Origin: a virus
Reading direction: 5' to 3' (one strand)
Length of the DNA stretch: 60,087 nucleotides
IMG/VR virus record: IMGVR_UViG_3300045988_173323
Of this stretch, positions 5,881 to 13,662 are shown piece by piece. The notes below the pieces were generated by a model. That model was not told the origin of the DNA. It did not search any database and worked only from the letters and a program-made list of their open reading frames with translations. The position numbers were made by a program, and so were the translations under genes. Positions within the stretch are counted from its first letter, which is position 1, and each line of letters starts with the position of its first letter.

Positions 5881-5899
5881 TATAACACCTTTAGCTCAT

Positions 5900-6170
5900 T
5901 CTGTCAATAGACATTTTACACAATTTTTTCTTTTGATTTTCGTGCAGATTGACCATTGACATTTCTTGTCTATTGACATTTTGTACAAAAATCAAATTAT
6001 ATTTTTGTATACTTTTACCATTGACAGGACTTGTCAATAGACATAATGCACAAAATTTTCCTTGCATTTTTGTGCAATTTTACCTATTGACAAACTCATT
6101 TTAGGAAAATATCTTTGTGCATTTTTTACAAAAATTTAGCCAAAAATTTGTGCATTTTGTCTATTGACAG
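5900..6170. promoter_or_regulatory. array of at least 5 copies of the near-palindromic 12-mer TGTC(TATT/AATA)GACA flanked by TTGTGCA / TGCACAAA elements, in both orientations
   Basis: Copies are at 5903-5914, 5967-5978, 6032-6043, 6084-6092 (half site) and 6158-6169. ACCATTGACA appears at 5952 and 6017. The same motif family occurs in the 980-1340 control region. Confidence 0.6.
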
Positions 6171-6177
6171 GCTTCTC

Positions 6178-6223
6178 GGAGCGTTGCGAAAGTATACGCT
6201 CCGATGGTAGATGGCAAGCTACC
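6178..6223. other. pair of GC-rich hairpins (GGAGCG-N13-CGCTCC; GGTAG-N8-CTACC) immediately after the last repeat copy
   Basis: Seen directly in the sequence; locally about 55% GC versus a ~28% background. Confidence 0.45.
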
Positions 6224-6507
6224 AATAGCCAATAAAATTCTAATCTTCTTGCTTTATTTTAATTATTTAAAGAATTTATTTTATTAGTTTAACTCTTTCT
6301 CCTCTTTATTTAAAATAATGTGTTCAAAATCCTTCTGAACAAAAAACATATCCTCTTTGGAAAATGATTTGAAAAATTATTTGTTAGGCGGTGTTTTGTT
6401 GCTTCTTACTCAAAAGAAAAGACCAATCTACAGACCATACCCAAACATAATACCCGGGCTATATTAAAGGATTAAAATTTTTTACTTTTATAAAAAGATA
6501 GTGTTCT

Positions 6508-6645
6508 CCACAATTCTCTCTCCAAAAAAATTTTTAAATCTAAAAATTGAAGAAAATGAAGAAGAAAAAATTGAAATAATTCTCCTTCCAAAAATTTTAG
6601 AATCTAAGAATCTAAAATAAAAACTTTAAGGATTCTAAATATTAA
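6508..6645. repeat. iteron-like direct and inverted repeats (CCAAAAA(A)TTTT(T)A-AATCTAA; AGAATCTA x2; GGATTCT)
   Basis: Units are at about 6512-6545 and 6583-6612; AGAATCTAAGAATCTAAAA at 6599-6617; the inverted partner GGATTCTAAA at 6631-6640. Confidence 0.45.
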
Positions 6646-6727
6646 AAAATTTTCTTCTTCTTCTTCTTTAAAAAATGCGTGAGTGTCAAGTTAATCTCCG
6701 AAATACGTTTAAAAGCTTAGTAATCAT

Positions 6728-6952
6728 CTAAAACATCGCGTTTGCCTGTTCATAATATTTTAATTCTTGAATCCAAGCGATTGGAATTACCATTTCCGCT
6801 TTAGCGTATCTTTCTATAGCATCCATGATTTCATGTCTCCTAGTATTGATTATTTCTAATCTAAAAGTTTCACGCGGAACCAATCCTGCAACTGCAACTG
6901 CAACTGTTTTCTTTGCTTTCCCTGTTTCGTTATTCATAGTCATATTACTCAT
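6728..6952 (-). CDS. hypothetical protein (74 aa)
   Basis: ORF track entry. A strong RBS (AGGAGGAAAA) lies upstream. It is translationally coupled downstream of the DUF2493-like gene. Confidence 0.5.
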   Translation of the reverse strand: MSNMTMNNETGKAKKTVAVAVAGLVPRETFRLEIINTRRHEIMDAIERYAKAEMVIPIAWIQELKYYEQANAMF

Positions 6953-6964
6953 ATTATTTTCCTC

Positions 6965-7309
6965 CTATTTTACTATTTTAATTACTTTACCATGTTTTCC
7001 GCTCATTTTCATTTTCATAATAATCTTTCTAATTATTGCGTCTTTTCCATCATAAAAAAGTATAGCAAAATCAATATTATCTACCATTTTCTGAATTAAT
7101 TTATCTATATTGCGATCAAATATATATTCAATAGGAGCACCATTATTTTCTGCCCATATTTTTCCAATAGACTCCGAGAGCTTCTTCTCCGTATTCCCGC
7201 AAACAACAGTAAACAAGTAACACTGCGTTTCACAGATAAAATCTTCCATAGCTGCGGAGACTAGGCGATTATCCGCGAAACCGCGACTTCCAAGAATACT
7301 AATTCTCAT
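6965..7309 (-). CDS. DUF2493-like (SLOG/LOG-type Rossmann) phage protein
   Basis: The pattern MRISILGSRGFAD...TVVCG...W...P...LFYDGKD...GK.VKIV recalls the DUF2493 signature (MRVxVxGSRxF.D...VV.GGA...W...P...FPGG..GT...G..V). The call is by recall only. Confidence 0.45.
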   Translation of the reverse strand: MRISILGSRGFADNRLVSAAMEDFICETQCYLFTVVCGNTEKKLSESIGKIWAENNGAPIEYIFDRNIDKLIQKMVDNIDFAILFYDGKDAIIRKIIMKMKMSGKHGKVIKIVK

Positions 7310-7390
7310 CTCTTTTTCCTCTTGTTTTATTTATAAAATAATTATAACAAAAATTTTTTAAAAAATCCAATTAAAGTGCTTTAATCAAAT

Positions 7391-7419
7391 TTGACAAAAA
7401 AATTTTTTTGTGGTATAAT
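7391..7419 (+). promoter_or_regulatory. near-consensus sigma70 promoter with extended -10 (TTGACA-17-TGgTATAAT) driving the rightward structural operon
   Basis: TTGACA at 7391-7396 and TGGTATAAT at 7411-7419. The RBS AAAGGAGAAATT lies before the ATG at 7447. The region is divergent from gene 6965-7309. Confidence 0.6.
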
Positions 7420-7446
7420 ATAATTGTAAATTAGAAAGGAGAAATT

Positions 7447-8604
7447 ATGACACCAATAATAATAGAAGATGAAGCTTTTGAGGAGAATATTTTAGAAGAA
7501 GAAAAAACAACAGAAAAACAAATCAAAGAAGAAAATATACAAACTACTATTAAATTAGATTATTCTTTAGAGACTCCTGAAGAGCGGAATGAATTAGTTA
7601 AAAAAATTATAAATAATACTCCTTCTGAGCAATTAACACCTAGATATTTAGAAATATTGTCAGATTACATTATTTTTGCTATGGATAAACAAGAGCGGAA
7701 ACAAAAGCAAATATTAACTGATAATCACATGGTCACAGTTAACAAAAGAGAAACTTCTTTTGAAGGATTAGTTGGTCGCTTAGAGAATGGCGAAGATGGC
7801 ATTTATAATATGATTGCTAATGATAAGAATATTATCTTTACACCTAAATTTCAAATAACTCAACAAGATATTGCGGAAATCCCCGAGTTAAAACAACTTG
7901 TAGACGCGATTGCGGAAGTTGAAAAAGCTGAGAAAAAAGCAGTTGGTAAAAAGAAATTTTTATTAAAAAAGCAACTTATTGCTATGAGACAAGATCAATA
8001 TGTAATTAGAAGTGCATATAAGCCGCCAATTTATTGTATGAACGCAATTAAAAGTTTTAGCAAAATTGATTTTGATGAAAATGTTTCTATTAGCGGAGAT
8101 GATGAAATTGAAGATAATAGCTTAGTTTCTTTTTTTAATCCTAAGCACGTATCTGCGTTATTATGTAACTATTCCCGCCTAAAAGAAGATGCATGGGGAA
8201 AATTCTATAGTGATTCATACTTTTTAATGGAAGATTTAGATACATTAATAGAAAAGACTTTAAGAGACAGCTATCCAATGTATTATGACCTCTTGATTTA
8301 TAAAATAGATGGAAAACAAAATCTTGAAATTCAAAGCCTATTGAATCAAAAGCATAATGTAAAACATTCAGTGGAATATATATCATCTTTGTGGCGGAAT
8401 AAGATACCTAAGCTATTGTCAGAGCAAGCTCAGGAAGACTACTTAATTTGGTATTATACGACTCAGAAGAAGGGAAAATGGAAAAAATGTTCCCGCTGTG
8501 GGGAAATCAAATTAGCTCATAATAAATTTTTTTCAAAGAATAAGACAAGCAAAGATCATTTTTACAGTATATGTAAATGTTGTCGAAATAAGAAAAATAA
8601 GTAA
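7447..8604 (+). CDS. hypothetical acidic protein with a C-terminal C-x2-C...C-x2-C zinc ribbon (385 aa)
   Basis: ORF track entry. The C-terminus reads CSRCGEIKLAHNKFF...ICKCCRNKKNK. It is the first gene of the late operon. Confidence 0.55.
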   Translation: MTPIIIEDEAFEENILEEEKTTEKQIKEENIQTTIKLDYSLETPEERNELVKKIINNTPSEQLTPRYLEILSDYIIFAMDKQERKQKQILTDNHMVTVNKRETSFEGLVGRLENGEDGIYNMIANDKNIIFTPKFQITQQDIAEIPELKQLVDAIAEVEKAEKKAVGKKKFLLKKQLIAMRQDQYVIRSAYKPPIYCMNAIKSFSKIDFDENVSISGDDEIEDNSLVSFFNPKHVSALLCNYSRLKEDAWGKFYSDSYFLMEDLDTLIEKTLRDSYPMYYDLLIYKIDGKQNLEIQSLLNQKHNVKHSVEYISSLWRNKIPKLLSEQAQEDYLIWYYTTQKKGKWKKCSRCGEIKLAHNKFFSKNKTSKDHFYSICKCCRNKKNK

Positions 8605-8616
8605 AGGAGGCTAATA

Positions 8617-9816
8617 ATGAATTATACTTGCAACAAATGCGGAAAATCAATGGATGAAATAAATTTTTATACATATAAAAATGGTAAAAAAACAGAATTA
8701 TGTAAAAAATGTTTAACTATGCATATAAATAATTTTGAACCTAATACTTTCCTATGGGCATTAGAAAAGATGGATGTTCCATATGTTCCAGAAGAATGGA
8801 ATATTTTAAGGGATAAAGCCTATGCAAAAGATCCTTATAAAATGAATGGGATGTCAGTATTTGGAAAATATCTTTCTAAAATGCGGCTAAAACAGTGGAA
8901 AAATTATAGTTGGGCAGATACAGAAAAGATTGCTCAAGAAAAAGAAAAAAAGACTCAAGAGGATCTCGAACAACAGAAAAAATTTGAAGAGAGTATGAAG
9001 CAACAGCTTGAAAAAGGGGAAATTTCTGAAGCTGAATACAAAACAATGGTTTCTACCCCTACTCAGAACGCGGAATTGGCGGTAAAAGCTCCTAAGAATG
9101 AGATTGGAACTGACAATTTTTATGATGAAAATAATTTTATAAGCGAGGATGAATTAATTGATCCCGCCGCGGAATTAACTCAAGAAGATAAGATTTACTT
9201 AGCTATGAAATGGGGACGTTTATACAAACCAAATGAGTGGGTTGAATTAGAGAAAAAATATGAAGAGATGACTAGTTCTTTTGATATTCAAGATTCAGAT
9301 ACTACAGGAACTTTAATTCTTATTTGTAAAACCTATTTAAAGATGAATCAGGCGATCGATTGCGGTGACATGGATGGATACCAGAAATTATCCAGAGTAT
9401 ACGATTCATTGCGTAAATCCGCAAAATTTACAGCCGCACAAAATAAAGAAGTAAAAAGTGATTTTGTAGACTGTATTGGAGAGATGGTTGCCTATTGTGA
9501 AAAAAATGGCGGTCAGATTCCAAGAATGAAGATAGAGGCTCCAAATGATATAGTAGATAAGGTTATCATGGATTTAAAAGAGTATACGAGATCATTGATT
9601 TATGATGATAAATCCCTTGCTCAACAGATAGAAAATTATATTAAGCAGAGAGAAAATGCGGATGCGATGAAGAAAGATAGAGAAGAAGCTAAAGAAAAAG
9701 GCTATAATCAAATAGAATTAAAAGATAGAGATTATCAAACTTATTTTGATAATATTGCAAAAGAAAAAGAAAATGATGAAAAAATTTATATAGGAGAGGA
9801 TGAAGACTTTATATGA
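8617..9816 (+). CDS. N-terminal zinc-ribbon protein (399 aa); candidate small terminase or DNA-recognition subunit by position only
   Basis: CNKCGK...CKKC lies at the N-terminus, followed by a coiled-coil middle. The stop overlaps the TerL start (ATGA at 9813-9816). Confidence 0.45.
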   Translation: MNYTCNKCGKSMDEINFYTYKNGKKTELCKKCLTMHINNFEPNTFLWALEKMDVPYVPEEWNILRDKAYAKDPYKMNGMSVFGKYLSKMRLKQWKNYSWADTEKIAQEKEKKTQEDLEQQKKFEESMKQQLEKGEISEAEYKTMVSTPTQNAELAVKAPKNEIGTDNFYDENNFISEDELIDPAAELTQEDKIYLAMKWGRLYKPNEWVELEKKYEEMTSSFDIQDSDTTGTLILICKTYLKMNQAIDCGDMDGYQKLSRVYDSLRKSAKFTAAQNKEVKSDFVDCIGEMVAYCEKNGGQIPRMKIEAPNDIVDKVIMDLKEYTRSLIYDDKSLAQQIENYIKQRENADAMKKDREEAKEKGYNQIELKDRDYQTYFDNIAKEKENDEKIYIGEDEDFI

Positions 9817-11555
9817 GTTTAAAAGGTTTATTAGATTTATCTGAATCTAGAACCCTTAAGAAGCAGGGCATGTCAGAAGAAAGACTGAAAGCTCAACTTC
9901 CTCATTTAAGAAAACTAATCGCTTATTATAGAGAATATCCAGATCTTTTAGTAGACTTTATGAAAGGTCCTGAGAGTACTTTTAAATTCTTTTTTTACCA
10001 GAGAATATTCTTAAGAATTACAATGCGGCATAGATATGTGTATGCCACTTTTCCACGTGCGTATAGTAAATCATTCTTATCTATGATGATTCTTATGTTA
10101 AGATGTATTCTCTATCCTAACTCACATTTATTTGTTACTACTGGCGGGAAAGAACAAGCTGCTAGTATTACCATAGCAAAGATTGAAGAAATATGTAAGC
10201 TCATTCCCGCCCTTAATAATGAATTAGATTGGTCAAGAGGAGCTTCTAAGAAATCAAAAGACGATGTTAATTATATCTTTAAAAATGATTCTTCTATTAA
10301 TATATTAGCTGCGAAACAATCTTCTAGAGGCCAGCGTAGGACAGGTGGTTTAATGGAAGAATGTGTTCTTATAGACGGAGATATATTAAATGAAATAATA
10401 ATTCCTACGACAAATGTTGATAGATTATTACCAGATGGAACTAGACATAAAGAAGAAATAATTAATAAAAGTCAAATATATATTACAACAGCTGGGTGGA
10501 AGAATTCATTTGCATATGATAAACTGATGGAGCTTTTGGTTCAGTCAATGATTGAACCTGATAAAGTTATGATTATGGGTGGAACCTATGAAACGCCTGT
10601 TGCAGAAGGTCTTTTGGATGAAGATTTTGTAGAGCAACTCAAATTACAAGGCACATTTAAAGAAGATTCTTTTGATAGGGAATATCGTTCTAAATGGAGC
10701 GGAGATGCAGAAAATGCATTTTATTCTTCTGAAAAGTTTGATAGGTATAGAGTGTTATCCCAACCAGAATACGAATATAGCGGAAGAAGTAGTAAATCAG
10801 CTTATTATGTTATAGGGGTGGACGTCGGACGTATAGGCTGTACAACTGAAGCTTGTATATTCAAAGTTACCCCTCAACCGCAAGGAGCAGCTTTAAAGAG
10901 TTTGGTTAATATCTATACTTATGAAGCAGAGCATTTTGAAACTCAGGCAATCAATTTAAAGAAATTATATTATAAGTACAAAGCTAAAATTATTTCGATT
11001 GATGCAAATGGCTTGGGTATTGGACTCATCGACTTCATGACAAGGGCACAGATTGACCCTGAAACAGGGGATACCCTTCCGCCGTTTGGAGTTGAAGGAG
11101 GAACATCAGAGGATGCTATTGCTCCTTATAGAAAAATTAAGGGCGGAGATGTGGAAGATAATGCTTTATATTTAATTAAAGCAAATGCACCAATTAATAC
11201 TGAAGCTTATTCATATACTCAGACTCAAATGTCTAGCGGAAAAATTAAATTTTTGAAAGATGAGTCTGAAGCTAAAGCTAAGCTAATGTCATCAAAAGTT
11301 GGTCAGAATATGGATGCAGATAAAAGAAATGAATATTTAAAACCTTTTGTTTTAACAACGATTTTAAGAGAACAAATGCTAAATCTAGTTGAAGAAAATG
11401 AAGGAGTTAATATTATTTTAAAACAATCTTCAAGAGGTATAAAAAAGGATAAGTTTTCTGCTTTTATATATGGACTGTACTATATAAAACAGGAAGAAGA
11501 CCATAAGAAAAAGAGACGAAGTAGAAATATATCAGATTTTATGTTCTTTAGCTAA
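9813..11555 (+). CDS. terL: terminase large subunit
   Basis: 580 aa. The N-terminal ATPase region has a deviant P-loop (PRAYSKSF). The C-terminal RNase-H-like nuclease motif is YVIGVDVGRIG. It sits immediately upstream of the portal gene. Confidence 0.8.
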   Translation: MSLKGLLDLSESRTLKKQGMSEERLKAQLPHLRKLIAYYREYPDLLVDFMKGPESTFKFFFYQRIFLRITMRHRYVYATFPRAYSKSFLSMMILMLRCILYPNSHLFVTTGGKEQAASITIAKIEEICKLIPALNNELDWSRGASKKSKDDVNYIFKNDSSINILAAKQSSRGQRRTGGLMEECVLIDGDILNEIIIPTTNVDRLLPDGTRHKEEIINKSQIYITTAGWKNSFAYDKLMELLVQSMIEPDKVMIMGGTYETPVAEGLLDEDFVEQLKLQGTFKEDSFDREYRSKWSGDAENAFYSSEKFDRYRVLSQPEYEYSGRSSKSAYYVIGVDVGRIGCTTEACIFKVTPQPQGAALKSLVNIYTYEAEHFETQAINLKKLYYKYKAKIISIDANGLGIGLIDFMTRAQIDPETGDTLPPFGVEGGTSEDAIAPYRKIKGGDVEDNALYLIKANAPINTEAYSYTQTQMSSGKIKFLKDESEAKAKLMSSKVGQNMDADKRNEYLKPFVLTTILREQMLNLVEENEGVNIILKQSSRGIKKDKFSAFIYGLYYIKQEEDHKKKRRSRNISDFMFFS

Positions 11556-11628
11556 AACAAAATGGACAAATGTTTATAAAAAAGAGGAAGTATTTTTAAA
11601 GTATTATGAAAAAGAAGGGAGAAATGCT

Positions 11629-11985
11629 ATGCGAGCAAGTAGAGGTGAAATAAAAATTGAAGAAATTCTTCAAGAATCAGGTTTGAATTTTAAAGAAGAG
11701 TATATTTTTTCTGACCTTGTAAGTTCTAGCGGTCGACCCCTCAGATTTGATTTTGCGATTTTAGATGATAATAATGAATTAGATTTTTTAATAGAGTTCC
11801 AGGGTATTCAACATTATGAACCAAAGAGCAAATTTGGTGGAATCTCTGGATTGCGGAAGCAACAATATAATGATATGAAGAAGAGAGAATATTGTGCTAA
11901 GCACAATATTCCTCTTGTAATCATTCCTTATTGGGATGAAGGTAGACTTGATTATGATTATATTATGACTGCCGCAGGATATTAA
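11629..11985 (+). CDS. DUF559/Vsr-like PD-(D/E)xK endonuclease-fold protein (118 aa)
   Basis: Motifs RFDFAI ... LIEFQGIQH ... KHNIPLVIIPYWD resemble the D...E-x-(D/Q)-G-x-Q-H core of DUF559/Vsr-type nucleases. It is inserted between terL and the portal gene. Confidence 0.45.
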   Translation: MRASRGEIKIEEILQESGLNFKEEYIFSDLVSSSGRPLRFDFAILDDNNELDFLIEFQGIQHYEPKSKFGGISGLRKQQYNDMKKREYCAKHNIPLVIIPYWDEGRLDYDYIMTAAGY

Positions 11986-12101
11986 AATTTTTATTTTAAT
12001 AAATTAGATAAAATTGTATTTTATGTTATACTATACTTAGAAAGGTTAAGGTGTATATCTTGATAAATAGAGTAGCAGAAATAAAGAAGAAGGGGTTCCA
12101 A

Positions 12102-13643
12102 ATGAGTATTAATGACTCCACAGAAGATATATATGCTCAATCTTTTAATGCAGTAGACTTTTCTAAAATCAAGGTCGGGATAAAAACTTTAGATGACGCT
12201 ATTGTAAACTTAGGAGAACTAAAAAAAATCAATCCTAGGTTAGCTGATAAAAAAGAAGTTTTACGAGCTATTAATAATGGAGACTATGAAACAATGAGAG
12301 ATATATCTAATTTCTTTTATAAAACTAGTGGTATTTATAATAGACTTTGTAGATATATGGCATATTTATATAGATATGATTGGTTAATTACTCCTTATAT
12401 TAATTCAGATAATTTAAAGCCAGAAAAAGTATTAGATGGATTTAATAAAGCTTTAATGTATTTAGATAACTTTGAGGCTAAACGTTTTTTTGGGGAAGTT
12501 GCATTAAAAGTTATTAAGAATGGCTGTTATTATGGATATTTGATCCCCCAAAAAGATCGAATGGTAATACAAGAATTGCCGCCTAAATATTGCCGTTCAA
12601 GATTTAGTGTTAATGGACGTCCTGCGGTAGAGTTTAATATGAGATTTTTTGATGAAGCATTTAGAGATACAACTCAAAAGATGAAAATGCTAAATCTGTT
12701 TCCCGCGGAATTTAAGAAAGCTTATATTCTTTACAAAGAAGGAAAATTAAAAGCTGATTTTGCTGGAGATACATCTGGGTGGTATCTATTAAACATTGAT
12801 AACGTAATAAAATTTAACTTGAATGGAGATGACTTTCCGGCTTTTATTTCAGTCATTCCCGCAATTATAGATCTAGATGCTGCACAAGAGCTAGATAGAA
12901 AGAAAATGCAACAAAAACTATTAAAAATTATCATTCAGAAAATGCCTGTTGATAAAAATGGAGATTTGATTTTTGATGTAGAAGAAGCTCAACAGTTACA
13001 TAATAACGCTGTGAAAATGTTAGGAAAAGCGATTGGGATAGATGTTTTAACTACTTTTGCTGATGTTGAAGTTGCGGATATGGCTGATAAGAGTTCCACC
13101 ACTACTGTTGATGAATTGGAAAAGGTTGAGCGTGCAGTTTATAATGAAGCTGGAGTTTCTCAGATGCAATTTAACACAGATGGAAATATTGCCTTAGAAA
13201 AATCTATTTTGAATGACGAAGCTTCCATGTATAATTTATTAATTCAATTTGAAGGGTTTTTAAATACATTATTAAAACCTTTTAATAAGAATCCAAAAAA
13301 AGTATACTATAAAGCACAGATTTTAACTACAACAATTTATAATTATAAAGAGATGGCTAAATTGTATAAAGAACAGACTCAATTAGGTTATTCTAAGATG
13401 TTACCGCAAATAGCTCTAGGTCAATCTCAAAGTTCAATTTTAGCTAATGCTTATTTTGAAAATGACGTTTTAGATTTAGTAAATCTATTTATTCCGCCTT
13501 TAATGTCTAGCACTATGAACGTGGAAGCATTAAGCCAAGCAAAAACTGCGGAAGATGGAGAAGAAAAGAAAGCGGGCAGAAAAGAAAAAGCTGATGATGA
13601 GAAAAGTGAAAAAACTATGAAAAATATAGAATCTCAAGGTTGA
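12102..13643 (+). CDS. portal protein
   Basis: 513 aa. The gene order is terminase, portal, scaffold, capsid. The track start at 12051 is a GTG; the ATG at 12102 has a GAAGGGG RBS. Confidence 0.6.
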   Translation: MSINDSTEDIYAQSFNAVDFSKIKVGIKTLDDAIVNLGELKKINPRLADKKEVLRAINNGDYETMRDISNFFYKTSGIYNRLCRYMAYLYRYDWLITPYINSDNLKPEKVLDGFNKALMYLDNFEAKRFFGEVALKVIKNGCYYGYLIPQKDRMVIQELPPKYCRSRFSVNGRPAVEFNMRFFDEAFRDTTQKMKMLNLFPAEFKKAYILYKEGKLKADFAGDTSGWYLLNIDNVIKFNLNGDDFPAFISVIPAIIDLDAAQELDRKKMQQKLLKIIIQKMPVDKNGDLIFDVEEAQQLHNNAVKMLGKAIGIDVLTTFADVEVADMADKSSTTTVDELEKVERAVYNEAGVSQMQFNTDGNIALEKSILNDEASMYNLLIQFEGFLNTLLKPFNKNPKKVYYKAQILTTTIYNYKEMAKLYKEQTQLGYSKMLPQIALGQSQSSILANAYFENDVLDLVNLFIPPLMSSTMNVEALSQAKTAEDGEEKKAGRKEKADDEKSEKTMKNIESQG

Positions 13644-13662
13644 TTAAATTGGAGGTAGCTAA

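Noticed and set aside
5893-6170. The repeated 12-mer array considered as a CRISPR array
   Set aside because: The repeats are only 12 bp, occur in both orientations with irregular spacing and shared flanks, and there is no leader or cas gene. They are much more consistent with protein-binding sites.
6167-6200. TTGACA at 6167-6172 as the -35 of a promoter driving the GC-hairpin RNA
   Set aside because: No -10-like hexamer lies 16-19 bp downstream (only CGAAAG/GTATAC). The TTGACA here is part of the repeated TGTCTATTGACA site.
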